DNA from: an uncultured Alphaproteobacteria bacterium
Lineage (GTDB): Bacteria > Pseudomonadota > Alphaproteobacteria > Rhizobiales > Beijerinckiaceae
NCBI GenBank assembly: GCA_963811975.1
Contig: CAWETR010000024.1
Coordinates: 49,947 to 113,946, forward strand
Direction: 5' to 3'
Length of the DNA stretch: 64,000 bases
Part shown: piece after piece, positions 54,056 to 63,694 of the stretch
Layout of the letters: every line of letters starts with the position of its first letter
Numbering within the stretch: the first letter of the stretch is position 1
Made by a program: the position numbers and the translations under genes
The notes under the pieces: generated by a model
Databases searched by the model: none
Told to the model about the DNA's origin: nothing
Seen by the model: the letters and a program-made list of their open reading frames with translations, nothing else

Positions 54056-54487
54056 TCAATTACCCTGATAGCGGGAGTCGAGATAGGTGCGGATCGACCA
54101 CATGGCTTCCTGCGACAGGATGCCTTCGAAGGCCGGCATCTTGGTGATGCCGTTCTGCGTGTAGCCGTGACGGATGCGGTTGATGAACCAGGCGTCGCCG
54201 TCTTCGCCCTTGTCGAGATAGCGCAGGTCAGGCGCGATGCCGCCGGATTCCGCTTCGATGCCGTGGCAACGGGCGCAGTTCTGGTTGAAGCCGGACTTGC
54301 CGATCTTGGTCGCGAGCTCGTTACCGCGATAAGGGTTCTTTTCCAGCCAATCCGGTCCGACCGAAGGCAGGCCGGTGGTGTCGACCGGCTGAGGGGTCAC
54401 GTCGCCGTGCGCGAACACGCGCTGCGCGCCGAGAAGAGACATCAAGACAACAAGGGACATCCCGAGAGTGCGGGTCTTTAACGCCAC
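54056..54487 (-). CDS. pedF: cytochrome c550 (electron acceptor of the quinoprotein ADH)
   Basis: AHGDVTPQPVDT, NPYR, NQNCARCHG, GGIAPDLR, MPAFEG; GTG start with GGAGG RBS. Confidence 0.92.
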   Translation of the reverse strand: MALKTRTLGMSLVVLMSLLGAQRVFAHGDVTPQPVDTTGLPSVGPDWLEKNPYRGNELATKIGKSGFNQNCARCHGIEAESGGIAPDLRYLDKGEDGDAWFINRIRHGYTQNGITKMPAFEGILSQEAMWSIRTYLDSRYQGN

Positions 54488-54641
54488 GGTTTTCCTCCAC
54501 AATTTTGAGCGATCCTAAGAATTCGATGAGAGTGGGGGAATTGTACTTTGGCGCCCTTGAGGGGGGAGATGCGGCGAGGCGGGGAGGCGGCAAGACAGCG
54601 CGCGGCGATTGCGCCGCGCGCGATATAGATTGAAGCTTTGT

Positions 54642-55763
54642 TCAGGCGTCGCTTTTTTCGCGGATTCGTTCGATCCGGCGCGGCGTGAAGCCTTCGACCT
54701 TTTCGGCGGAATCGCGCGCCGCGATTTCCGCGATCAGGCCGTGACGCGGCGATTTCACGCAAATCGGATCGCAGGCGGAAGCGTCGCCGAGCAGCGCCAT
54801 GGCCTGGCAGCGGCAGCCGCCGAAATCTTCCGCCTTGCGCTCGCAGGACCGGCAGGGCTCCTGCATCCAGTCGTCGCCGCGATAGGCGTTGAAGCCCGGC
54901 GAGTTCGCCCAGATGTCCGCGAGGGGCCTTTCGCGCGCGTTCCAGAATTCGAGGCCGGGAATCGTCTCCGCCGCGTGGCAGGGCAGGATCTTGCCCTGCG
55001 GCGTCACGTTCATGCTCAGCCGGCCCCAGCCGCTCATGCAGGCCTTGGGATATTTGGCGTGATAGTCGGGCGCGACATGGTCGATGACGATCTGGCCGCG
55101 GTAGCGCGCGCGGCGCTCCTCGACCTCGGCATAGGCCTTTTCGCTCTGTTCGCGCGTGGGCATCAGATGCGCGCGGTTGTGCAGCGCCCAGCCGTAATAT
55201 TGCGTGTGCGCGATTTCGATTCGCCGCGCGCCGAGTCGCACTGCGAAATCGACCATGTCGGCGGCGTGCGCGACATTGGCGCGGTGAATCACCGCATTGA
55301 TGGTGAGCGGCAGGCCTTCCTCGGCGACCCAGCCGGCGACTTCGAGCTTTTTGGCGAAGCCGCCCTCGTAGCCGCCGATCCAGTCGGCGCCCTCGGCGGT
55401 GGAATCCTGAATCGACAATTGCACATGGTCGAGCCCGGCCGCCGCGAGCGCGGCCAGTGAGGCCCGGGTCAGGCCGACGCCCGAAGTGATCAGGTTGGTG
55501 TAGAGCTCAAGCCCGGCGCAATGCGCGACCAGCTCGAGCAGGTCGCGCCGCGCGGCGGGCTCGCCGCCCGACATGTGGACATGGAGCACGCCAAGCGCCG
55601 CCGCCTGGTCGAAGATCGCCTTCCACTCCTCGGTGGACATTTCCGTGTCGCGCCCGCCCATGTGCAACGGATTCGAGCAATAGGGGCAGGAGAGCGGACA
55701 GCGATAGGTCAGCTCCGCGAGCAGGGCGGAGGGCGGGGCGAGCGGGGTGGTTTTCGTGGTCAT
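54642..55763 (-). CDS. pqqE: PqqA peptide cyclase (radical SAM/SPASM)
   Basis: AELTYRCPLSCPYCSNP, SGGEP, NLITSG, CMSGWG, LPCHAA, GGCRCQA. Confidence 0.96.
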   Translation of the reverse strand: MTTKTTPLAPPSALLAELTYRCPLSCPYCSNPLHMGGRDTEMSTEEWKAIFDQAAALGVLHVHMSGGEPAARRDLLELVAHCAGLELYTNLITSGVGLTRASLAALAAAGLDHVQLSIQDSTAEGADWIGGYEGGFAKKLEVAGWVAEEGLPLTINAVIHRANVAHAADMVDFAVRLGARRIEIAHTQYYGWALHNRAHLMPTREQSEKAYAEVEERRARYRGQIVIDHVAPDYHAKYPKACMSGWGRLSMNVTPQGKILPCHAAETIPGLEFWNARERPLADIWANSPGFNAYRGDDWMQEPCRSCERKAEDFGGCRCQAMALLGDASACDPICVKSPRHGLIAEIAARDSAEKVEGFTPRRIERIREKSDA

Positions 55764-56059
55764 AGGCCGAGCATCCGCTTTTCGAGCAGGCCGTCGAGGA
55801 GGCTGCGCACATCGCGTTCGATCAGCGCGCGATCCGCGGAATATTTGGCAGCGAGATCGTCGACGATGGCGGACAGGGCAGCGATTCCGTCGCAACGCTG
55901 CAGAATGTCGACGCTGATGGCGTTCAGGCGCAGGTAGCGCTCGGGCGCCAGCAGCACCCAGGTCTTGCGGACCTGGTCGTTCTTGAGTTTCACGCCGCGC
56001 AACAGATGGGGCCGCGAGCCGGCCTCCAGCCGTTCGATGGTCTGGATTTGGTCGGTCAC
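55760..56059 (-). CDS. pqqD: PqqA-binding chaperone
   Basis: P.LLRGVKL..D.VR..WVLLAPER, ILQRCDG. Confidence 0.92.
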   Translation of the reverse strand: MTDQIQTIERLEAGSRPHLLRGVKLKNDQVRKTWVLLAPERYLRLNAISVDILQRCDGIAALSAIVDDLAAKYSADRALIERDVRSLLDGLLEKRMLGL

Positions 56060-56976
56060 GGCTGGCCCTCCGTCGCGTCGATGCGCAGGCCATCATAGCC
56101 GATTTCCCAGCCGGCCGCCTCGACTTGCGCGCGCTCCGCCGAATCGTGGCGGAACGCCGGATTGGAATTGTTGATGTGGACGAAAACGCGCCGCTTGATA
56201 TCGAGGCCGTCGAGCGAGGCGATCGAGCCCTTTTCGCCGTTCATCGCCATATGGCCCATGCGCCAGGCTGTCTTGGGCAGCAGGCCGAGCCGGATCATCT
56301 CGTCGTCCTCGAAGGTGGTGCCGTCGAAGAAGATGATGTCCGCGCCGTGCAGCCTCTTGCGCAGGGCGTCGGTCATGCGCGCGCAGGAGGGCATGTAATA
56401 GAAGCGCCGGTCGCCCTGGCGGATTTCGACGCCGACCGTGGTGTCGCCCTCGGCGCCCAGTTCGATCTCGGATTCGTTGCGCAATTCGAGATAGAGCGGA
56501 ATCTTGCCCGGCGCCACGAACGGCGTCAGGGTGAAGCCGAGGCCGGTGTCGATGACCTGCTCGATCTCGACCGTCTCGCGCTTGACGGCGTCGGGGTTGA
56601 GGACGCCGAACACGCCGCCGATCGTATTGGCCATGACGCTTTTCGTCGCCCATAACGTGAAGGGCTGGACCTCGCGCATCACCAGCAGGCCGGCGATGTT
56701 GTCGACGTCGCCGTTAGGCGCGAACACCGCCTTGATCGGCGAATGGCGCGGCGCGACTTTCGGATGCAGTTCCGGATTGGCGATGATCTGCTGGCGCAGG
56801 TCGGGAGTCGCGGACAGGACGACCCAGTTTTCGCCGTCGGCGCTCACGGCGACGCTGCATTGCGTGCGTTGCGTGATGCGGCTGTCGCGCGCATAGGCCA
56901 GACGGCAATTCTCGCAGAGGCAGTTCCATTGCGGCAAGCCGCCGCCCGCCGCGGATCCAAGCACCAGGAATTTCAC
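56056..56976 (-). CDS. pqqB: PQQ biosynthesis protein B (MBL fold)
   Basis: VLGSAAGGGLPQWNC.C.NC, RTQCSVAVS, FFDGT, MGHM, VHINNSNP. Confidence 0.95.
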   Translation of the reverse strand: MKFLVLGSAAGGGLPQWNCLCENCRLAYARDSRITQRTQCSVAVSADGENWVVLSATPDLRQQIIANPELHPKVAPRHSPIKAVFAPNGDVDNIAGLLVMREVQPFTLWATKSVMANTIGGVFGVLNPDAVKRETVEIEQVIDTGLGFTLTPFVAPGKIPLYLELRNESEIELGAEGDTTVGVEIRQGDRRFYYMPSCARMTDALRKRLHGADIIFFDGTTFEDDEMIRLGLLPKTAWRMGHMAMNGEKGSIASLDGLDIKRRVFVHINNSNPAFRHDSAERAQVEAAGWEIGYDGLRIDATEGQP

Positions 56977-57151
56977 GTGATCGACCTTCTTTCCGGTCGC
57001 GGGGACGAACCCGGTCCGGGCGCCGCGCTTCCGCCCGCCGGGCGGGGAACGCAACGGATTTTAATAAAACACAGCGGGCTCCGGAACGCGCATCAACCTC
57101 GCAGGCCGCTGAACGTCCCGCGAGGCGGAAGCCGCTTGACGACCAATGCGC

Positions 57152-57229
57152 TCAGATTTCAGCCGACATATAGCTGGTGACTTCCATGCCGCAGCAGATT
57201 TCGCAGGCTTCGGGGGCGGTCCAGGTCAT
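57152..57229 (-). CDS. pqqA: PQQ precursor peptide, copy 1: MTWTAPEACEICCGMEVTSYMSAEI
   Basis: W..P and EVTSY (ExxxY) motif, RBS GGGAGA, directly upstream of pqqB. Confidence 0.92.
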   Translation of the reverse strand: MTWTAPEACEICCGMEVTSYMSAEI

Positions 57230-57377
57230 GTTTCTCTCCCAGTTCCATCGCGCGCTGGGCTTCAATTTGCACAGCATAGTCTTGTTCGGCGCCATAGGAG
57301 TCAGGCCGCGGCGAGAAAATCGTAAGATTTTCGTCAATCCGCCGAGCCGATCCAAGGCCAGATGAAAACACCTAAAA

Positions 57378-57406
57378 CCTCATCGGCCGCAAGCGGTCCG
57401 ATGAGG
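57378..57406 (-). terminator. hairpin between the two pqqA copies
   Basis: CCTCATCGG-CCGCAAGCGGT-CCGATGAGG followed on the minus strand by TTTT. Confidence 0.6.
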
Positions 57407-57431
57407 CGAAAAAGCGTCGAAATCGAAAAGA

Positions 57432-57518
57432 TCAGATTTCAGCCGACATATAGCTGGTGACTTCCATGCCGACGCAAACTTCGCAGGCTTCGGGGGCGGT
57501 CCAGTTCAATTCCGTCAT
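57432..57518 (-). CDS. pqqA: PQQ precursor peptide, copy 2: MTELNWTAPEACEVCVGMEVTSYMSAEI (absent from the ORF track)
   Basis: translated by hand; EVTSY motif; RBS GGAGGA; last 40 nt identical to copy 1. Confidence 0.92.
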   Translation of the reverse strand: MTELNWTAPEACEVCVGMEVTSYMSAEI

Positions 57519-58132
57519 GTTTTCCTCCGTTGGGCATTTCGCGCGCGGGCCATTGCGCTCAGGGATAAGCTGCGTTGCTCGCAGTTCTGCTTTCAAGGCA
57601 TATATCCCTAGCTGAAGATAGGGCGCCGGACCAGAGCGTCTACGGCGCCAAAGTAGCAGACGGCCCTTAAATTTGGCTCATTTCGGGGCCGCGTCTTGTG
57701 CACTGCAATATAAATTCCGCACTGCAAAATATATCGACGCGCTCCCGTGCCGCCGCCGAGGGTCAATGGCACTAAAGAGCAGTAGCCCTGTCTTCGCCCC
57801 GCGGATTAATGTGCTGCAGTACAACGCGACAAAGCAATACGCGTCATGTCCTGGGGAGGTCATGAAGGTTTCCGATCGTCAGCGCGCGCTTGCGCCTTCG
57901 ACTGCGCTCGCGTCCTCGCCCAGTCGGGATGGCCGGGCGGCGCCGCCTCGCGGTTTTTCCGCGATGGTCGCGTTGAGAACTTATCCGGACGCGTCCGGTC
58001 GGCGCGATCGAGTGACAAGCCAATGATCTTGAGCGGCCCGGCGACGGGTCGCCGATACTGAGGAGCGGGCGGGCGCAGGTCGGTTCGTTTTGCGATAAAC
58101 GCCGCAGGGCGTGCGATTATGGAGGAAGGTCT

Positions 58133-59653
58133 ATGTACCAGGAAGCTGTTTCTAATCTTTCGGGCAAGAATCTGATCAAGTCGAAGTTCGACAATTTCAT
58201 CGGCGGCAAGTGGGTCGCGCCGGTGCGCGGCCAGTATTTCGACAAGATCAGCCCCGTCTCGGGCAAGGTCCTGTGCCAGGTCGCGCGCTCGACCGCCGAG
58301 GACATCGAACTCGCCATCGACGCCGCCCACAAGGCCAGCGGCGCCTGGGGCCGCACGCCCGCGGTCGAACGCTCCCGCGTTCTGCTGAAGATCGCCGACC
58401 GGATCGAGGACAACCTGTCCACCATCGCGCTGGTCGAGACGCTGGACAACGGCAAGCCGATCCGCGAGACGACCTATGCCGACATCCCGCTGATGGTCGA
58501 CCATTTCCGCTATTTCGCCGGCGTGCTGCGCGCCCAGGAAGGCGGCATTTCCGAAATCGACCACGACACCATCGCCTATCACTTCCATGAGCCGCTGGGC
58601 GTCGTCGGCCAGATCATTCCTTGGAACTTCCCGCTGCTGATGGCCGCGTGGAAGCTGGCCCCGGCGCTGGCCGCCGGCAATTGCATCGTGCTGAAGCCCG
58701 CCGAGCAGACGCCCGTCGGCATTCTGGTCCTGATGGAGCTGATCAGCGATCTGCTGCCGGAAGGCACCCTGAACGTCGTCAACGGCTTCGGCGCGGAAGC
58801 CGGCAAGGCCTTGGGCTCCAGCAAGCGCATCGCCAAGATCGCTTTCACCGGCTCGACCGCCACCGGCCGCATGATCGCGCATTACGCCGCCGACAACCTG
58901 ATACCCGCGACGCTGGAGCTGGGCGGCAAGTCGCCGAACATCTTCTTCGCCGACGTGATGCAGGAAGACGACGACTATTTCGACAAGGCGCTCGAAGGCT
59001 TCGCGCTCTTCGCCCTCAACCAGGGTGAAGTCTGCACCTGCCCCAGCCGCGCGCTGGTCCAGGAATCGATCTACGAGAAGTTCATCGAACGCGCCGTCAA
59101 GCGCGTCCAGGCCATCAAGCAGGGTAACCCGCTCGACATGAGCACCATGATCGGCGCCCAGGCCTCGAACGAACAGCTCCACAAGATCCTGTCCTACATC
59201 GACATCGGCAAGCAGGAAGGCGCGGAATGCCTGACCGGCGGTTCGCGCGCCCAGCTCGGCGGCGAGCTGGAGCAGGGTTATTACATCAACCCGACCGTGT
59301 TCCACGGCAACAACAAGATGCGCATCTTCCAGGAAGAAATCTTCGGCCCGGTCCTGTCGGTCACCACCTTCAAGGACGACGCGGAAGCCCTGGAAATCGC
59401 CAATGACACGATCTACGGGCTCGGCGCCGGCGTGTGGACCCGCAACGGCAACCGCGCCTACCACATGGGCCGCGGCATCCAGGCCGGTCGCGTCTGGACC
59501 AACTGCTACCATGCCTATCCGGCTCACGCCGCCTTCGGCGGTTACAAGGAATTGGGCATCGGCCGCGAGACCCACAAGATGATGCTGGACCACTACCAGC
59601 AGACCAAGAACCTGCTGGTCAGCTACGGCACCAAGGCTCTCGGCTTCTTCTGA
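58133..59653 (+). CDS. aldB: NAD-dependent aldehyde dehydrogenase (AldB/ExaC/PedI type)
   Basis: [46 protein letters not shown]. Confidence 0.93.
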   Translation: MYQEAVSNLSGKNLIKSKFDNFIGGKWVAPVRGQYFDKISPVSGKVLCQVARSTAEDIELAIDAAHKASGAWGRTPAVERSRVLLKIADRIEDNLSTIALVETLDNGKPIRETTYADIPLMVDHFRYFAGVLRAQEGGISEIDHDTIAYHFHEPLGVVGQIIPWNFPLLMAAWKLAPALAAGNCIVLKPAEQTPVGILVLMELISDLLPEGTLNVVNGFGAEAGKALGSSKRIAKIAFTGSTATGRMIAHYAADNLIPATLELGGKSPNIFFADVMQEDDDYFDKALEGFALFALNQGEVCTCPSRALVQESIYEKFIERAVKRVQAIKQGNPLDMSTMIGAQASNEQLHKILSYIDIGKQEGAECLTGGSRAQLGGELEQGYYINPTVFHGNNKMRIFQEEIFGPVLSVTTFKDDAEALEIANDTIYGLGAGVWTRNGNRAYHMGRGIQAGRVWTNCYHAYPAHAAFGGYKELGIGRETHKMMLDHYQQTKNLLVSYGTKALGFF

Positions 59654-59724
59654 GAACCGCGCCTGCCGGCTTGAAATCGTTCGCGCGGCGCCCAAAGCGC
59701 CGCGCATTTTTTTTGCAGGCGAAA

Positions 59725-60147
59725 ATGTTGAAGGACAAGCGAGGATGGAAGGAAAAATGCCCGCTGCCCAGCCGCGTCGAAGCCACAGCTGAAGCGCTGC
59801 TTTGGATTGCCCGCCTCAAGGCCAAACATGGTCCGCTGGTGTTTTATCAACGTCACGGTTGCTGCGAAGGAGGCCCCGCGCCAATCTGTCTTCCCGAGGA
59901 CGATTACAGGTCGGCTCCAAATGATCGCATGCTGGGCGAAATCGGCGGCTGCCTCTTTTATATGAGCGGACATCAATTCGAAGAATGGCGGCATATCCAG
60001 GCGATCATCGATGTTGCGCCGGGTCTGGGCGCCGGCTTTTCGCTCGAGTTGACCGAAGGCGTGGGATTTTTCACGCGTCTTCGCTTCTTCGTCGTGTCCG
60101 AGATCGAGCAATTGGCCCTCGCTGGTGAGCCCCTTTACGCCTCGTAG
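59725..60147 (+). CDS. DUF779 family protein, diverged copy 1 (true start may be 59757 with a 1-nt insertion)
   Basis: RVEAT..A..WIARL...HGPLVFYQRHGCCEG, FSLE. Confidence 0.75.
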   Translation: MLKDKRGWKEKCPLPSRVEATAEALLWIARLKAKHGPLVFYQRHGCCEGGPAPICLPEDDYRSAPNDRMLGEIGGCLFYMSGHQFEEWRHIQAIIDVAPGLGAGFSLELTEGVGFFTRLRFFVVSEIEQLALAGEPLYAS

Positions 60148-60307
60148 CGAAAGAGCGGCGCAGCTTGCGGGCTTTTGCGCAGAGTGCGGAAAATGCTGAG
60201 TGGCGCGCGCCGATGGATCGCGACGCACGAAGATCCTGAACCGGATCCGGAGGTCTCGGCCCCGCATTGCAATCTGGATGGTTGCAGACGATGCAAACGG
60301 AGGAAAA

Positions 60308-60694
60308 ATGCTCGCACCAAGCCGCGTCGAAGCCACGCCCGAAGCCCTGAACTGGATCGCGCGCCTCAAGGACCGTTACGGTCCCCTGATGTTTTACCAG
60401 TCCGGCGGCTGCTGCGAAGGCTCCGCGCCGCTGTGCTTCCGCGACAAGGAATATTGGGTCGGGGGCGAGGACGTGTTTCTCGGCGAAATCGGCGGCTGCC
60501 CCTTTTACATCCGCGCCAACCAGTTCGAATATTGGCGCCATACCCAGCTGATCATCGACGTGGTCGAGGGGGCGGGCGCGGGCTTTTCGCTCGAGGCGCC
60601 GGAGGGCGTCAGTTTTCTCACGCGCAGCCGCGTTTTCAGCGACGCGGAAGTCGAGGCGCTGGCGGCGGCCGGGGAGCCTGCTCGCGCCGGCTAG
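60308..60694 (+). CDS. DUF779 family protein, copy 2
   Basis: GPLMFYQSGGCCEGSAP, QFEYWRHTQLIIDVV.G.GAGFSLEAPEG..FLTRSR. Confidence 0.9.
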   Translation: MLAPSRVEATPEALNWIARLKDRYGPLMFYQSGGCCEGSAPLCFRDKEYWVGGEDVFLGEIGGCPFYIRANQFEYWRHTQLIIDVVEGAGAGFSLEAPEGVSFLTRSRVFSDAEVEALAAAGEPARAG

Positions 60695-60761
60695 GCGCAG
60701 ACCGGGCAAAGGCTGAACAGGAGGCTTCAAGCCGTCCGGAAAACGCGCTAAACCGGGCGCC

Positions 60762-62513
60762 ATGACAGTTTCCCCAGCTCCCGCCGATCGCCTCGTCCTC
60801 GCTCTGGCGCAGATCAATTCCGTGGTCGGCGCCGTCGACGTCAATCTGGAGAAGGCGCGCGCCGCCCGCCGGAAGGCGGCGGAATTCGCCGCCGATCTGG
60901 TGATGTTTTCCGAATTGTTCCTCGCCGGCTATCCGCCCGAGGACCTCGTGCTCAAGCCGTCGTTCCAGGACGCCTGCCGCGCCGCCGCCGAAGAGCTGGC
61001 GCGCGACACCGCGGACGGCGGCCCGGCGGTGCTGATCGGCCTGCCGTGGATGCAGGACGGCGCCTGCCACAACGCCTACGCGCTGCTCGACGGCGGCCGC
61101 ATCGCCGCCGTGCGCTTCAAGGTCGATCTGCCCAATTACGGCGTCTTCGACGAGAAGCGCGTGTTCCATCCCGGCCCGGCGCCGGGCCCGGTCGCGTTTC
61201 GCGGGGTGCGGCTCGGCCTGCCGATCTGCGAGGACATCTGGGCCCCGGACGTCGTCGAATCCCTGAGCGAGACCGGCGCGGAAATCCTGCTGTCGCCGAA
61301 CGGCTCGCCCTATTGGCGCGGCAAGGATTCCGAACGGCTGGCCGTCGCCACCGCGCGCGTGGTCGAAAGCGGGCTGCCGCTGGTCTATCTCAACCAGGTC
61401 GGCGGCCAGGACGAACTGGTGTTCGACGGCGCGAGTTTTATCGTCAACGCCGATTGTTCGGTCGCCGGAACGCTGCCCGCCTTCGTGGAAACGGTCGCCA
61501 GAACCGTGTTCCGCCGCGAAACGCGCGGCTGGGTCTGCGAGGAGGCGCCCGTCGCGCCGCAGCTTGACGACGACAAGGCCGATTACGCGGCCTGCGTGCT
61601 CGGCCTGCGCGATTATGTCGCCAAGAACAATTTTCCCGGAATCGTGCTCGGCATGTCCGGCGGCGTCGATTCCGCCCTGTGCGCGGCCATGGCGGCGGAC
61701 GCGCTGGGGCCGTCCAGCGTCCACGCCATCATGCTGCCCTATCGCTTCACCTCGGACGAATCCCTGACCGACGCGGCGGATTGCGCCAAGGCGCTGGGCG
61801 TGCGCTACGACGTGCTGCCGGTCGCCGCCGCCGTCGAAGGCGTCGAGGCGGCGCTGGCGCCGCTGTTCGCCGGCACGCCGCGCGGGGTGACCGAGGAAAA
61901 CATCCAGGCGCGCGCGCGCGGGCTCATCCTGATGTCGGTGTCGAACAAGTTCGGGCCGATGCTGGTGACCACCGGCAACAAGTCGGAAATGTCGGTCGGC
62001 TACGCCACGCTTTACGGCGACATGAACGGCGGCTTCAACCCGATCAAGGACCTCTACAAGACCCAGGTGTTCCGCCTGTGCAGCCTGCGCAACCGTTGGA
62101 AGCCCGACGAGGCGCTCGGGCCGGACGGCCCGGTGATCCCGCAGAACATCATCGACAAGCCGCCCACGGCGGAACTGCGCGAGAACCAGAAGGACCAGGA
62201 TTCGCTGCCGCCCTATGACGCGCTGGACGACATGCTGGAATGTCTGGTCGAGCGGGACATGCGCCTCGTCGACATCGTCGCCCGCGGCCACGAATCCGAG
62301 ACGGTGAAGCGGATCGAGCGGCTGCTCTATCTCGCGGAATACAAGCGCCGCCAGTCGGCGCCCGGCGTGAAGGTGACTCGGAAGAATTTCGGCCGCGACC
62401 GCCGCTATCCGATCGTCAACCGGTTCAGGGATTCAGGCGCGACGGCGTTTGCGCCCGATTTCTCCATCGCGCCGGAAAGCCCGGCGGGAACCAGCGAGCG
62501 TTTCGAGGACTAG
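60762..62513 (+). CDS. nadE: glutamine-dependent NAD+ synthetase
   Basis: nitrilase domain (ELFLAGYPPED, LPNYGVFDEKR, ICEDIW) plus SGGVDSA, TGNKSE, AEYKRRQ. Confidence 0.96.
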   Translation: MTVSPAPADRLVLALAQINSVVGAVDVNLEKARAARRKAAEFAADLVMFSELFLAGYPPEDLVLKPSFQDACRAAAEELARDTADGGPAVLIGLPWMQDGACHNAYALLDGGRIAAVRFKVDLPNYGVFDEKRVFHPGPAPGPVAFRGVRLGLPICEDIWAPDVVESLSETGAEILLSPNGSPYWRGKDSERLAVATARVVESGLPLVYLNQVGGQDELVFDGASFIVNADCSVAGTLPAFVETVARTVFRRETRGWVCEEAPVAPQLDDDKADYAACVLGLRDYVAKNNFPGIVLGMSGGVDSALCAAMAADALGPSSVHAIMLPYRFTSDESLTDAADCAKALGVRYDVLPVAAAVEGVEAALAPLFAGTPRGVTEENIQARARGLILMSVSNKFGPMLVTTGNKSEMSVGYATLYGDMNGGFNPIKDLYKTQVFRLCSLRNRWKPDEALGPDGPVIPQNIIDKPPTAELRENQKDQDSLPPYDALDDMLECLVERDMRLVDIVARGHESETVKRIERLLYLAEYKRRQSAPGVKVTRKNFGRDRRYPIVNRFRDSGATAFAPDFSIAPESPAGTSERFED

Positions 62514-62528
62514 GTCCGGCGCGGAAAA

Positions 62529-63694
62529 TTACGCCGCGCCGTCGACCGTTTCGTCGCTGACTTCGCGCACGGTCATGGAATTGCCGAGCCAGACGAAATC
62601 GTCGCCCAGCCATCCGTCGATCCAGACGATCGGAAACAGCAGGTCGCGCAGCAGATAGGTCAGGGGCGAGAGCGGGCTGGTCGGCCAGCCGAGGCCCCAG
62701 TTGACCAGGGCTTCCGGCAGGTGCCAGGCGGCGGCGACCAGCGCGGCGGCGGTCCAGGGCTCGAAGCCGAAATCGCGCGCCGCGAAGGCGCCGGCCAGGA
62801 TCGGCAGCAGCGAGCCGGCGAGGATTTCGGGCGCGTACATCGACGGGAAGCTGGCGCGGCGCAGACGCGCCCAGCGCGTCTGGCGCTGGTAGATCGAGCG
62901 CAGGGTGCGCTCGCCCAAAGGCTGGCCGAACGGGCGGTCGACCAGCGCGACCTTCATGCCGGCGTTGCGGACCAGCTTGGTCGCGGCGGCGTCCTCGGCG
63001 ATCTCCGAGGCGAGGGCGGCGATGCCGCCGGCCTGTTCGACGATCTCGCGGCGCCACATCATGCTCTTGCCCTGGGCGAAGCCCATGCCGAGCGCGTCGG
63101 CGCAGAACTGCCAGCGGGCCTGGAAGGAATTGAGGAAGGCGATTTCGAGGCGGGCGCGGAAGCCCTCGGCCCAGACGCCGAGCGGCGGCGAGCAGACCAG
63201 GCCGATGTCGGGACGGAAGCGCGACCAGCATCTGCTGGAGATAGTCTTGAGGGGCCAGCACGTTGGAATCGGCGAGCACGATCCATTGATGCCGCGCCGC
63301 CTGCCAGCCCTTGAAACAATTGTTGAGCTTGGGGTTGGGGCTGATCGGATCGTCCCCGATCAGCAGGCGGCCGCGCCCTTCGGGCTGCTCGAGCGAGCAG
63401 CGTGCGGATCAGCGGAATGATCGGGTCGGTCTTCTTCTGGACGCAGAACAGCACTTCGTAATCGGGATAATCGAGCTCGAAGGTCGAGCGCAAAGTCTGT
63501 TCGGAAAAGGTCTCCAGGCCGCAGACGGGCCGCACGATGCTGACCGGCGGCGTGGGATTGTCGAGGCCCGTGCGCGTCAGGCGGGCGGCGAGCGGCTCGG
63601 GGCGGCGGCGGCAGCGCCAGGCGGCGAGCCCGAGCGAGAAAAGATTAAATCCGGTCAGGAACAGGCAGAAAGCCGCGGCGATATATCCCGTCAT
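62529..63694 (-). CDS. ceramide glucosyltransferase / HpnI-like GT2 (frameshifts near 63400 and 63220)
   Basis: VSIVRPVCG, NPKLNN, ADSNV, GFAQGKSM, AEDAAAT, RQTRWARLRR. Confidence 0.82.

Noticed and set aside
43357-54147. Very long antisense ORFs (43357..46491 minus, 51259..54147 plus, and similar ones opposite the pst, pet and aldehyde dehydrogenase genes)
   Set aside because: Shadow ORFs expected in high-GC coding DNA; they have no recognisable motifs and lie opposite well-supported genes.
57152-57471. 40-bp direct repeat as a CRISPR repeat or attachment site
   Set aside because: Explained by the two pqqA coding ends.
57767-57782. TGGCAC as a sigma-54 promoter for the aldehyde dehydrogenase
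   Set aside because: The GC is at N9 rather than N10 spacing, and there is no TTGC.
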